In this document: piece after piece, positions 38,836 to 48,837 of the stretch
Layout of the letters: each line of letters starts with the position of its first letter
Numbering within the stretch: position 1 is the first letter of the stretch
Origin: Candidatus Gastranaerophilus bacterium
GTDB lineage: Bacteria > Cyanobacteriota > Vampirovibrionia > Gastranaerophilales > Gastranaerophilaceae
NCBI GenBank assembly: GCA_045639085.1
Contig: JAZUCM010000102.1
Location: 3,178-67,177 of the forward strand
Length of the DNA: 64,000 nt
Direction: 5' to 3'
The notes under the pieces: model-generated
The model's database searches: none
Seen by the model: only the letters and a program-made list of their open reading frames with translations
What the model was told of the DNA's origin: nothing
Made by a program: the position numbers and the translations under genes

Positions 38836-41800
38836 CTATTCGAAATCGTCGTCTTCGTCGTGATCTTCGAATGAGAAGTCCGGAGAACCAAACATTCCTT
38901 CGATTTCTTCCAAGATCGCGGATGGTTTTCTTGCTTGGTTGCGTTGTGCAACTGCGCGTTTACGTTCCTCGCGTTCTTTTTCTTCATCAGAGTTTGTCAA
39001 GTGGTGGAAACCTGTTCCGGCAGGGATTAATCTACCGATAATAACGTTTTCTTTCAAACCTCTCAACAAGTCTTTCTTTCCTTCAACTGCCGCTTCTGTT
39101 AAGATTTTGGTTGTTTCTTGGAATGATGCTGATGAAATGAAGCTATCGGTTTTCAATGATGCTTTTGTGATACCTAACAATTGGTATTCGCAAGTTGCAG
39201 GATTTTTACCGTTTTGAATTGCTTCTTCGTTTGCTTTTTCGAACGTTTGAAGTTCAACATAATCGCCAGGCAATAGAGTTGTATCACCACTTTCAAGAAC
39301 TTTAACTTTTTTAGTCATTTGTCTTACGATGATTTCGATGTGTTTGTCGGCAATTTCTACACCTTGTGAACGGTATACGCGTTGTACTTCGTCTACGAGG
39401 TATTGTTGAGCAGCTTCCGGACCGCAAAGTCTGATGACGTCTTGTGGGTTCAATGGGCCGCTGGTCAACGGTTGACCTTTGCTGATTTTTTGTCTGTTGT
39501 TTACAATGATATTTGAATCAACAGTGTATTTGATTTCTGTTCTACCGTTTTCGTTGACGATGTAGAGTCTTGGAAGATCTTCGTCCGTAACGATTTCTGC
39601 GATACCTTCTTCTTCAGCCAAGATAGCGCAATCTTTAGGTTTGCGACCTTCAAGAAGTTCTTCTACACGCGGAAGACCTTGAACGATGTCACCGGTTTTT
39701 TGTCTTTCAAATACCAATGTTGCGATGTTATCACCACGAAGAACTAGCGCTCCGCTTTCAACCTGTAACATTGTACCAGGGCTGATCAAGTACGGACGTC
39801 CTGTTCTTACGGTAATTTCACCTTTGTTAACTGCGATTACTTGACCTGAAACTTCAGTTCTTTCGCCGCTTTCTGCGATTACGCCGTCCATTCTTACAAA
39901 GTCGCCTTTAGAAACAACTGCTTTTCCTTTTACTGCAATAGTTGTTTCGTAAGCTGCGCTTGTTAGAAGAAGTCTTCTTGCGTCTTCGCTCATATTCTTC
40001 ATTGATGCAACGCCGTCTTCGATTGCAAGAACTTGTGTTTTTGCAACAGGTGTTTTTGCGTCAATTACTTGTCCGTCTTTAACCAAAAGTTCTGTTTGCA
40101 TTGCAGCCATTGCTTTTGAGTTGTTATCGTTTTCACGACGGAGAATTAAGTTTTCAAGAACGACAATTTTTAGTTTGTTTTGTTCATCAACTTCAACCAT
40201 ACCTTTTAAGTGTGAGAGGTATCCTTGCATTTGAAGAACTAAACTTGTTCTTGTGATTGTTGAACCGTCGAGGTTTCTGACTCTTGCACCGTCTTTATAT
40301 TGAAGTTGTGTAACGTTAACGATGTTGATTAATTCATCAGTTGTGTTAAATTCGATTGAAACATCACGTTGTTTAACATCCAATACTTGAACCGGTCTGA
40401 CAAGGATTTGAATTGGTTGGTTAGAAATAGAATCTTCATCAAGAGATAATGATGTGTCGATTTCTTCATCCAAATCGTCGATGTCTAAGTCGTCAAGGCT
40501 GGAATCCATAATCGTAACGATTGAAGTTTCAGTCGCTTTGATTCCGTCTGCGATGACGGTACCTTTTTTGATAACTTCGCCTTCATCTACTTTCAACTCA
40601 GACACGCTTGAAAGGGTGTGAATTGAGCCCGGACGGATAGTGATTTCGTGAATAATGTCGTTATATTCTTTAAATTCAACGATACCATCCAAGTGGCAGT
40701 AGATATCTTTTACGATTTCTGTTCCTGCAGTAACTTGAGTGCCGTTTTCTACCATTTTGAGTGCTGAATCTTTGTTCAATTGGTGAATTTCTTCAGGAAT
40801 GAAGATTACTTTACCCGGTTTTGTGATGATTTGGTTTTCATCAACTTCAACGTCAACGTAACGAATTTCACCAGAAGATGAAACTACGCAGTCTTCGTCG
40901 ATTAACTCAGCGATAATCATACCATTTTCTACTGGTGTATCAACAGGAGCTTTAACGATATATTTTTCGCCGGTTGAATCAACTGTCCAGATTTGTTCTT
41001 TTTTAGTGTGTTCGAACGTTGCGTTTCCTGGTGCAATTGACGCAATAACGATGGTGATTTCTTTACCTTGAACGATTTTGTTGATTTTTTTGCCTTCAAA
41101 TTCGACTTTTTCGACAACCAAATCTTCACCGAATCTTACTTCACCGCTATGTTCTGAAATAGTCAATGTTTCAGCAAGTTTTTCGCCGGCTCTGATTTTT
41201 TGTCCGTCTTTAACCAAAACTTTTGAACCGCCTGGCAAGTTGTAAACGTCTCCGCCTAAAACCCAGATGATACCTTGTTTATTGGTAGTTCTGGAAATGT
41301 TACCTTGTCTGTCTTTTCTTTCGTCAGCAACAAAATCCTCAAATATGATCTCACCGCTCAAGTCGGTTGTAATATCTTTTGTAGCTTTTTCGGTCAAACG
41401 AGAACCGTCGCCTGATGAAATTGGTTCATATTCAGCAAGCTTAAAGCCTTTTTCGACTTTCATTCCGTTTTTAAAGAATACTTTTGAACCAGCAGGAATG
41501 TGGTATTTTTCAGAGCGTTTTTCGCCTTTTACTTCGATATCAGATTCGTAGTTTGAAACTTGAACGATATCACCGTGACGAGTTCTCAATTCTCTTGTTT
41601 TAACATTAGAGATGATTTCGCCGGCTAAGTTTGCTTCAACTGATTTCATCGCACCTGAACCCTTGAATACACCACCTGTGTGGAATGTTCTCATTGTTAG
41701 CTGTGTACCAGGTTCACCGATTGATTGTGCTGCAATAATACCAATTGCTTCACCAATGTCTACTGGTTTTTGGGTTGTTAATGCCCAGCCGTAACATTTT

Positions 41801-42714
41801 TGGCAAATACCGTATTCAAGGCCGCAAGTTAAACCTGAGCGTACTCTTAATTCTGTTAGGTTGATTTTTGCTTTTTCAACTTTTTGAATATCGTCACGAT
41901 CCATTGTTGTGCCGTTAGCAACAATAACGTTTCCTTCAGCATCTTTAATGTCTTCTGCGATAGTTCTTCCCAACAATCTGTCGATCAGCGGAACGATAAC
42001 TTGGTCACCGTCCATAATCGGTTTCATGTTGATTGCTTTTGTTGTTCCGCAATCGATATCGCGAATGATAACATCTTGCGCAACGTCAACCAAACGTCTG
42101 GTCAAATAACCTGAGTCGGCTGTTTTCAACGCTGTATCTACAAGACCTTTACGTGCACCGTAAGAGGAAATAATGTATTCAGTTACGGACAAGCCTTCTT
42201 TAAAGTTTGATTTAATCGGCAAGTCGATGATTTGACCTTGTGCGTCAGCCATCAAACCACGCATACCAACCAATTGTGATACCTGTGATACGTTACCTCT
42301 CGCACCGGAGAATGCCATCATATAAACTGGGTTTAATCTGTCAAAGTTATCAATTACTTGGGCTGTCAATTTTGATGTTGTTTCGGACCAAGTGTCAATA
42401 ACCTTTGTATATCTTTCAACTTCGGTAATTTCACCTTTTAAGTAACGGGTTGTTGACTTTTCAATTTCTGCTTCCGCTTCTTGAAGAAGTTCTTTTTTTG
42501 CAGCCGGAACAGACAAGTCATTAATCGAAATTGTTACGCCGGATCTTGTTGCATATTTGTAGCCCAAGTTTTTCAAACTATTTGCAAGTTCTGCGGTTTT
42601 AGCGCCGCCAAATTCCAAATAAATTTGGGACAACAATTTATTTAATCCTTTTTTGTCCATTTGTTTGTTAATGAACTCAATAGATTTTTTTGTATTAGAG
42701 TATGTTGTTTCCAT
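38836..42714 (-). CDS. rpoC2: DNA-directed RNA polymerase subunit beta-prime (C-terminal module, cyanobacterial RpoC2 type)
   Basis: 1292 aa. Starts at the trigger-loop/bridge region (GARGN..SQLVGMRGLM, TADSGYLTRRLVDV) and contains a very long internal insertion, as in cyanobacterial beta-prime. Confidence 0.95.
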   Translation of the reverse strand: METTYSNTKKSIEFINKQMDKKGLNKLLSQIYLEFGGAKTAELANSLKNLGYKYATRSGVTISINDLSVPAAKKELLQEAEAEIEKSTTRYLKGEITEVERYTKVIDTWSETTSKLTAQVIDNFDRLNPVYMMAFSGARGNVSQVSQLVGMRGLMADAQGQIIDLPIKSNFKEGLSVTEYIISSYGARKGLVDTALKTADSGYLTRRLVDVAQDVIIRDIDCGTTKAINMKPIMDGDQVIVPLIDRLLGRTIAEDIKDAEGNVIVANGTTMDRDDIQKVEKAKINLTELRVRSGLTCGLEYGICQKCYGWALTTQKPVDIGEAIGIIAAQSIGEPGTQLTMRTFHTGGVFKGSGAMKSVEANLAGEIISNVKTRELRTRHGDIVQVSNYESDIEVKGEKRSEKYHIPAGSKVFFKNGMKVEKGFKLAEYEPISSGDGSRLTEKATKDITTDLSGEIIFEDFVADERKDRQGNISRTTNKQGIIWVLGGDVYNLPGGSKVLVKDGQKIRAGEKLAETLTISEHSGEVRFGEDLVVEKVEFEGKKINKIVQGKEITIVIASIAPGNATFEHTKKEQIWTVDSTGEKYIVKAPVDTPVENGMIIAELIDEDCVVSSSGEIRYVDVEVDENQIITKPGKVIFIPEEIHQLNKDSALKMVENGTQVTAGTEIVKDIYCHLDGIVEFKEYNDIIHEITIRPGSIHTLSSVSELKVDEGEVIKKGTVIADGIKATETSIVTIMDSSLDDLDIDDLDEEIDTSLSLDEDSISNQPIQILVRPVQVLDVKQRDVSIEFNTTDELINIVNVTQLQYKDGARVRNLDGSTITRTSLVLQMQGYLSHLKGMVEVDEQNKLKIVVLENLILRRENDNNSKAMAAMQTELLVKDGQVIDAKTPVAKTQVLAIEDGVASMKNMSEDARRLLLTSAAYETTIAVKGKAVVSKGDFVRMDGVIAESGERTEVSGQVIAVNKGEITVRTGRPYLISPGTMLQVESGALVLRGDNIATLVFERQKTGDIVQGLPRVEELLEGRKPKDCAILAEEEGIAEIVTDEDLPRLYIVNENGRTEIKYTVDSNIIVNNRQKISKGQPLTSGPLNPQDVIRLCGPEAAQQYLVDEVQRVYRSQGVEIADKHIEIIVRQMTKKVKVLESGDTTLLPGDYVELQTFEKANEEAIQNGKNPATCEYQLLGITKASLKTDSFISSASFQETTKILTEAAVEGKKDLLRGLKENVIIGRLIPAGTGFHHLTNSDEEKEREERKRAVAQRNQARKPSAILEEIEGMFGSPDFSFEDHDEDDDFE

Positions 42715-42740
42715 TTATACTTTTCCTTTTTTCTTATGTC

Positions 42741-42825
42741 AGTAAGTTAGTAGGTTCGTAAGTTAGTAAGAATTTATTCTTTATTTAATTTTCTTACTTA
42801 CCTACTTACTTCCTCACTTCCTTAC
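42741..42825. repeat. Long imperfect palindromic GTAAG/CTTAC-type element in the rpoC1-rpoC2 spacer
   Basis: Left arm agtaagttagtaggttcgtaagttagtaagaa. Right arm ttcttacttacctacttacttcctcacttccttac. It shares the identical 17-mer cttacctacttacttcc (42797-42813) with the rpoB-rpoC1 spacer. Confidence 0.7.
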
Positions 42826-44531
42826 GCTAGAGCATTTTTTACAGCTTCGTTGAAGATAATTCTTCCGGCTGTAGTTTCAAATCTTTCACCTTTTTCATCT
42901 CTTACGACAATTTTGTCGTGAAGTTCGATTACGCCAACTTCAAGCGCAGAGATTGCGTCTTGGAAGTTATAGAAGTAACCTTTTGGTTCCATTTCAGGAT
43001 TTTTGATGATTGTTAGGTAGTACATACCCAAGACCATATCCTGTGTTGGAGTGATGATAGGTTTACCGTTAGCTGGGGCTAGGATGTTGTTAGTCGCTAA
43101 CATTAACATTCTAGCTTCCGTTTGTGCCTCGATTGAAAGTGGTACGTGAACAGCCATTTGGTCACCGTCAAAGTCAGCGTTAAACGCTGTACAAACAAGC
43201 GGGTGAAGTTGAATAGCGCGGCCTTCTACCAAGATTGGTTCAAATGCTTGAATACCAAGTCTGTGAAGGGTCGGTGCACGGTTCAACATTACTGGGTGTC
43301 CGTCGATAACCTCTTCTAAAATATCCCATACATCAGCGTCTGATCTTTCGATTTTTTTCTTAGCTGATTTAATATTTTGTACGTGGCCTCTTTCTATCAA
43401 TTTATTTACAACGAAAGGCTTGAATAGCTCAATTGCCATTTCTTTTGGCAAACCGCATTGGTTTAATTTTAATTGCGGACCGACAACGATTACTGAACGA
43501 CCTGAGTAGTCAACACGTTTACCCAACAAGTTTTGACGGAAACGACCTTGTTTACCCTCGATAATGTTGGATAATGATTTCAATGCTCTGTTGTTAGGAC
43601 CAACAACTGTTCTGCCGCGACGTCCGTTATCAATCAATGCATCAACTGCTTCTTGTAACATACGTTTTTCGTTTCTTACGATGATTTCAGGTGCACCCAT
43701 TTCTAACAATCTTAACAAACGGTTGTTTCTGTTGATAACACGTCTGTAAAGGTCGTTTAAGTCAGATGTTGCGAAACGACCACCATCCAATTGTACCATC
43801 GGACGAAGATCCGGCGGTGTTACAGGCAACACGTCCATAACCATCCAGGTTGGATCTGTTTCTGAGTTGATCAATGAATCTATCAGTCTTAATCTTTTAA
43901 TTAATTTACTTTTCTTTTGTACTGAAGTTACGCCCATTTCAAGCTCTGCGCGAATTTCTTCTGCCAATACTTTAATATCAATTTCACCAAGAAGTTCTTT
44001 GATTGCTTCTGCGCCGATTCCGACTCTAAGTTCGGTATCTTCGTTTTCGTCTCTGTATTCATCGTATTCTTCTTCTGTGATTAATTGTAGTCTTCTAAAC
44101 GGGCTCTCTGCACCATCCAAAACAACGTAGCTGTTGAAGTAGATTACCTGTTCAAGATCTTTTAGCGTCATATCCAAAAGTAATCCCAAGTATGATGGAA
44201 TACCTTTCAAGAACCAGATGTGAGAAACAGGCGCTGCAAGTTTAATGTGGCCCATTCTCTGACGTCTTACTTTTGAATCTGTAACTTCAACACCGCAGCG
44301 TTCGCAGATTATACCTTTATGTCTTACACGTTTATATTTTCCGCAATAGCATTCCCAGTCTTTTGTTGGCCCGAAAATTCTTTCGCAGAACAAACCGTCT
44401 CTTTCCGGTTTTAGCGTACGGTAGTTAATTGTTTCCGGTTTTGTGACTTCACCGTACGACCATTTAAGTATTCTGTCCGGAGACGCAACACTTATTCGTA
44501 TATAGTCAAAATAATCAATACTTGTAGTCAA
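42822..44531 (-). CDS. rpoC1: DNA-directed RNA polymerase subunit gamma (N-terminal beta-prime module, RpoC1)
   Basis: 569 aa. Zinc-finger CERCGVEV, catalytic [12 protein letters not shown]. It ends where RpoC2 begins. The start codon appears to be TTG with an AAGGAG SD 9 nt upstream. Confidence 0.95.
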   Translation of the reverse strand: MTTSIDYFDYIRISVASPDRILKWSYGEVTKPETINYRTLKPERDGLFCERIFGPTKDWECYCGKYKRVRHKGIICERCGVEVTDSKVRRQRMGHIKLAAPVSHIWFLKGIPSYLGLLLDMTLKDLEQVIYFNSYVVLDGAESPFRRLQLITEEEYDEYRDENEDTELRVGIGAEAIKELLGEIDIKVLAEEIRAELEMGVTSVQKKSKLIKRLRLIDSLINSETDPTWMVMDVLPVTPPDLRPMVQLDGGRFATSDLNDLYRRVINRNNRLLRLLEMGAPEIIVRNEKRMLQEAVDALIDNGRRGRTVVGPNNRALKSLSNIIEGKQGRFRQNLLGKRVDYSGRSVIVVGPQLKLNQCGLPKEMAIELFKPFVVNKLIERGHVQNIKSAKKKIERSDADVWDILEEVIDGHPVMLNRAPTLHRLGIQAFEPILVEGRAIQLHPLVCTAFNADFDGDQMAVHVPLSIEAQTEARMLMLATNNILAPANGKPIITPTQDMVLGMYYLTIIKNPEMEPKGYFYNFQDAISALEVGVIELHDKIVVRDEKGERFETTAGRIIFNEAVKNALA

Positions 44532-44550
44532 TTTTAATTCTCCTTTTTAA

Positions 44551-44629
44551 AAGTTAGTAAGTTAGCAGGTTAGTAAGTAAGGAAGTGTTTTATTCTTACT
44601 AACTTCCTTACCTACTTACTTCCTTACTT
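44551..44629. repeat. Long imperfect palindromic GTAAG/CTTAC-type element in the rpoB-rpoC1 spacer
   Basis: aagttagtaagttagcaggttagtaagtaaggaagtg ... cttactaacttccttacctacttacttccttactt. Perfect sub-stems are gtaaggaagt/acttccttac and agttagtaag/cttactaact. The 17-mer shared with the other spacer lies at 44607-44623. Confidence 0.7.
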
Positions 44630-47600
44630 TATAAATCACCTAATGAAGACGGCGTTTCAAAGAAATTGATGTTCAACAATTCTGAATCGATATCAGAAAG
44701 AGTTCTGCGTGGAGCAGCTTTTCTTAAATCGTCCATGTCTGTCATTAAGTCAACTTCGATACCATCTTTCTTGGCAACGGTTATGTCCAAACCGATACTT
44801 TGTAGTTCTCTAACGAGTACCTTGAATGATTCAGGAATACCCGGTCTTGGGATGTTGTCGCCTTTAACGATTGCTTCGTACGCTCTGTTACGTCCGTTGA
44901 CGTCATCGGATTTGATTGTCAACATTTCTTGGAGTGTGTAAGCCGCACCGTATGCTTCCAACGCCCAAACTTCCATTTCCCCGAATCTTTGGCCACCGAA
45001 TTGTGCCTTACCGCCAAGAGGCTGTTGTGTAACAAGTGAGTAAGGACCTGTTGAACGAGCGTGAATTTTGTCGTCAACTAAGTGGACAAGTTTCAAGATG
45101 TACGATAAACCAACTGCTACAGGTTCGTCGAATGTTTCACCTGTTCTACCGTCGATTAATTTAACTTTACCTGATGGAAGTACCCAGTCACAACCGGATT
45201 CTTTGATACCTTTGAGCAATTCTTCACGAGTTACGATTTCGGATTGGTTTTCGCCATATCTTTCATCGAATGAAGGTGCTTCGTAGTGGTTGCCTGTCAA
45301 GTATGCAGCCAAACCAAGCAATAATTCGTAAGTTTGACCAACGTTCATACGAGAAGGTACACCAAGTGGGTTTAATACGATATCAATTGGTGTTCCGTCA
45401 GGCAAGAACGGCATATCTTCTTTCGGTAATATACGTGATACGATACCTTTGTTTCCGTGGCGGCCTGAAAGTTTGTCACCGACTGAAACTTTACGTTTTT
45501 GTGCGATGTAAACTCTGATAACTGTGTTTGCGCCTGGTGGTAATTCATCACCTTTTTCTCTGTCAAATACCTTAACGTCAAGGACTCTACCGCCTTCTCC
45601 GTGAGGAACTCTTAGAGAATTATCTTTAACGTCTCTTGCTTTTTCAGCAAAGATTGCTCTTAACAATTTTTCTTCAGGTGGGTGTTCTGATTCACCTTTC
45701 GGTGTAACTTTACCTACCAAGATGTCGTCCGCAAATACTCTTGCACCGATACGAACAATACCGCGTTCATCGAGGTGTCTTAGGGCATCTTCTGAAACGT
45801 TCGGAATTTCGCGTGTAATTTCTTCAGGTCCAAGTTTTGTTTGTCTTGCGTCGATTTCTAATTTTTCAATGTGTACTGATGTAAATACGTCGTCGTGTAC
45901 GCATCTTTCAGATAGCAAAATCGCGTCTTCATAGTTGAAACCTTCCCAAGGCATGTACGCTACAAGAACGTTTTTACCTAATGAAAGTTCGCCGCAATTT
46001 GTAGATGCGCCGTCTGCGATAACTTGACCTTCTTTAACCTTGTCACCTTCTTTAACGATAGGTTTTTGGTTGATACAAGTGTCTTGGTTACTTCTTACAT
46101 ATTTCATCAACTGATGAACGTGAGGTACGCCTTGAAGGTCTGTGATAATAATTTCTTCGCCTACAACTCTTGTTACGGTACCGTCGCATTCAGCTATAGC
46201 AACCATGCCTGAGTCTTTAGCGGCTCTTTTTTCCATACCCGTACCGACAACTGGTCTTTGGGTTATCAAAAGAGGTACTGATTGACGTTGCATGTTTGAA
46301 CCCATCAATGCACGGTTTGCGTCGTCGTGTTCAATAAACGGAATCAATGAGGTCGCAACAGAGATAATCTGAATCGGAGAAACCCCGACGTAGTCGACCT
46401 TTTTAGATTCGCCCATTGTGAATTCTGAACGGTAACGAACAGGAACGTAGTCTTCTTTAAATGTTCCGTCTGCGTTCAATTTAACGTCAGCCGGCGCACA
46501 ACGGAAGTCTTCGTCTTCGTCCGCTGTCATATAAACAACTTCATCGGTTACGACACCATCTTTAACAACGAAGAATGGTGATTCAATGAAACCGTAGTCG
46601 TTAACTTTTGCGTGAGTAGCCAATGAACCAATCAAACCTGCGTTCGGACCTTCCGGTGTTTCAATAGGACAGATACGACCGTAGTGTGATGGGTGGATGT
46701 CACGGACTGCAAATCCTGCGCGTTCTCTCATCAAACCGCCAGGTCCAAGGGCTGAAATACGTCTTTTGTGAGTCAACTCAGCAAGTGGGTTGATTTGGTC
46801 CATGAATTGTGACAACTGTGAACTTCCGAAGAATTCTTTCAATGACGCGATTAACGGTTTTGTGTTCAACAAGTTTAACGGAGTCAATGTTTCAGAATCT
46901 TGAAGAGTCATTCTCTCTTTAACGATTCTTTCGATTCTTGAAAGACCTACTCTGAATTGGTTTTGAAGAAGTTCGCCAACTGAGCGAATTCTTCTGTTAC
47001 CCAAGTGGTCGATATCATCAACGGCACCTTCATCGTACGTCAAGTTAATCAAGTATTCGATTGACGCGACGATATCTTGGATTGTCAATGTTCTTTGGTT
47101 TTTAGGTATGTTAAGGTTTAATTTTTTGTTTAATTTGTAACGACCGACGCGACCGATGTCGTATTTTTTCTCATCAAAGAAACGAGATTCTAAGATTTGG
47201 CGTCCGCCTTGAGCAGATGCAGGATCTCCCGGTCTTAGTTTTTTGTAAACTTCGATTAATGCGTCGTCTGTTGTTTCTGTTGTATCTTTTTCTAATGTTT
47301 TCTTCAAAAATTCGAAGTGAGTGAACAAAGATTCCATTTCAGAAACCGTAATACCCATTGCTTTCAACAATGTAGTTGCAAGGATTTTTCTGTTTTTGTC
47401 TATCTTAACGTAAATTAAATCGTTGGAATCTGTTTCTATTTTTAACCAAGCGCCGCGGTTAGGAATCATTGTTGCATTATATAAGCGTTTGCCGGCAGGA
47501 GAGATTTCTCTCTTGAAGTAAACGCCAGGAGAACGAACGATTTGAGAAACGATAACACGTTCCGCACCGTTGACAATGAATGTACCTTTGTCGGTCATTG

Positions 47601-47949
47601 TCGGGATGTCTCCGATATAAACTTCTTGTTCTTTTATTTCACCGCTGTCACGGTTAACAAGTCTAACCATTACACGAAGCTGTTTTGCGTAAGTTGCGTC
47701 ATGGATTCTTGCTTCTTCAATTGTATACTTTGCATTGTCAAAAGTATAGTTCGGCAGGAAGTGTAACTCTAATCTTCCGGTATAGTCTTTTACAGGTGAG
47801 AATGAAAGTAATTCTTCTTTCAAGCCCTCTTTCAAAAACCATTCAAATGATTTTTTTTGCACTTCAATAAGATCAGGTAAGTCATCCAATCTGGTATGTG
47901 GAATACCCATTGGTGTTACTCGTTTTGCATATTCTGTGTTAGACATCAA
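44629..47949 (-). CDS. rpoB: DNA-directed RNA polymerase subunit beta
   Basis: 1106 aa with canonical beta blocks ([49 protein letters not shown]). Confidence 0.95.
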   Translation of the reverse strand: MMSNTEYAKRVTPMGIPHTRLDDLPDLIEVQKKSFEWFLKEGLKEELLSFSPVKDYTGRLELHFLPNYTFDNAKYTIEEARIHDATYAKQLRVMVRLVNRDSGEIKEQEVYIGDIPTMTDKGTFIVNGAERVIVSQIVRSPGVYFKREISPAGKRLYNATMIPNRGAWLKIETDSNDLIYVKIDKNRKILATTLLKAMGITVSEMESLFTHFEFLKKTLEKDTTETTDDALIEVYKKLRPGDPASAQGGRQILESRFFDEKKYDIGRVGRYKLNKKLNLNIPKNQRTLTIQDIVASIEYLINLTYDEGAVDDIDHLGNRRIRSVGELLQNQFRVGLSRIERIVKERMTLQDSETLTPLNLLNTKPLIASLKEFFGSSQLSQFMDQINPLAELTHKRRISALGPGGLMRERAGFAVRDIHPSHYGRICPIETPEGPNAGLIGSLATHAKVNDYGFIESPFFVVKDGVVTDEVVYMTADEDEDFRCAPADVKLNADGTFKEDYVPVRYRSEFTMGESKKVDYVGVSPIQIISVATSLIPFIEHDDANRALMGSNMQRQSVPLLITQRPVVGTGMEKRAAKDSGMVAIAECDGTVTRVVGEEIIITDLQGVPHVHQLMKYVRSNQDTCINQKPIVKEGDKVKEGQVIADGASTNCGELSLGKNVLVAYMPWEGFNYEDAILLSERCVHDDVFTSVHIEKLEIDARQTKLGPEEITREIPNVSEDALRHLDERGIVRIGARVFADDILVGKVTPKGESEHPPEEKLLRAIFAEKARDVKDNSLRVPHGEGGRVLDVKVFDREKGDELPPGANTVIRVYIAQKRKVSVGDKLSGRHGNKGIVSRILPKEDMPFLPDGTPIDIVLNPLGVPSRMNVGQTYELLLGLAAYLTGNHYEAPSFDERYGENQSEIVTREELLKGIKESGCDWVLPSGKVKLIDGRTGETFDEPVAVGLSYILKLVHLVDDKIHARSTGPYSLVTQQPLGGKAQFGGQRFGEMEVWALEAYGAAYTLQEMLTIKSDDVNGRNRAYEAIVKGDNIPRPGIPESFKVLVRELQSIGLDITVAKKDGIEVDLMTDMDDLRKAAPRRTLSDIDSELLNINFFETPSSLGDL

Positions 47950-48300
47950 TTCACCTCGTCTATGTACGTACTATCTATATATAAAAATTTATTTATATTC
48001 GCTTATCTTCCATTTTAGGCACAATTTACCCAAGTTAAATTACACCATGTTTATTAATAATACACCGTCAATATTTATAGTCAATATAACACTATATAAA
48101 ATTCTATGTTTTCTTAAACTTTTTTAACATAGGGCAAAACTATTGGTATATGAGCGTTTTGTTGAAATTTGTCGGTGAAAACCATTGATTTTTCGTCTTT
48201 GCCGGCATGCCCGTATAATGATGGTTTTCGCCAAAGGCGGAAGGCCGTGACCAAGAGGATGGGGAGTAAGTGATTAACTATTTATCACATTTTCGGTTTC

Positions 48301-48349
48301 TTGTCCACATTTTTGTGGACATGTTTTTGTGGACAAAATTTTGTGTACT
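48301..48349. promoter_or_regulatory. Operator-like repeat cluster: a 20-bp perfect palindrome plus 14-bp-phased direct repeats (also DnaA-box-like)
   Basis: TGTCCACA tttt TGTGGACA spans 48302-48321. TGTGGACA recurs at 48328-48335 and a degenerate TGTGTACT at 48342-48349. Repeat starts are at 48314, 48328 and 48342, a 14-bp period. TTGTCCACA differs by one base from the DnaA-box consensus TTATCCACA. Confidence 0.5.
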
Positions 48350-48495
48350 CAATAGTGTGTCAACTGATTTGGCGACTTTTCAAATTTTTAATATCCGCTA
48401 TACTGAAAATGTGATGTGCAAATTGACAAGTGAACAAGAGAGAAAATTCAGTCCATAAACTAGTTTTATTCATATAAAATCCGATTATCTTAACG

Positions 48496-48526
48496 CGAGG
48501 ATTTTATCCTAAATCCTCGTTTTTCT
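48496..48526 (+). terminator. Terminator-like hairpin in the non-coding flank upstream of the phage-like cluster
   Basis: cgaggattt tatcct aaatcctcg tttttcttt: a perfect 9-bp stem followed by a T-run. Confidence 0.5.
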
Positions 48527-48600
48527 TTAATCATGGAATTATTATTAATGTTCCTTTAGGATTTTTTGCTAAACTGGTAATAGGTATGAAAAAGAGGTAA

Positions 48601-48837
48601 ATGATGAATGTAACACCGCAGGAACGTATGGCATTGCTGTATATTTTGCTTGGTTATACGGACAAAGAAATTGCGAAAAAAATGAAAATTAGTTATGCGA
48701 CTGTAAGAACTTATCTGCTGCGAGGAACGCTGAAACTTTCTGCTAGAAATACTACTCACGCAGCATTTAAATATCTTTTGAAATTGTCTCCTGAAGTTTA
48801 TTTAAAAACGGTAAAGGAATTACAAGAAAGCTTATGA
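48601..48837 (+). CDS. LuxR/GerE-type single-domain HTH transcriptional regulator (78 aa)
   Basis: TPQERMALLYILLGYTDKEIAKKMKISYATVRTYL matches the LuxR C-terminal HTH pattern (LTxRExxVLxLxxxGxxxKEIAxxLxISxxTVxxH). A GAGG SD lies upstream. Confidence 0.75.
   Translation: MMNVTPQERMALLYILLGYTDKEIAKKMKISYATVRTYLLRGTLKLSARNTTHAAFKYLLKLSPEVYLKTVKELQESL

Noticed and set aside
42741-44629. CRISPR-like interpretation of the GTAAG-type repeats
   Set aside because: The repeats are short, degenerate and arranged as inverted halves within two separate ~90-nt spacers. There is no repeat-spacer periodicity and there are no cas genes.
48270-48458. 62-aa ORF covering the TGTGGACA repeats
   Set aside because: The reading frame runs through palindromic and direct repeats and gives FLVHIFVDMFLWTKF. 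It has no SD. Non-coding regulatory DNA is the better interpretation.
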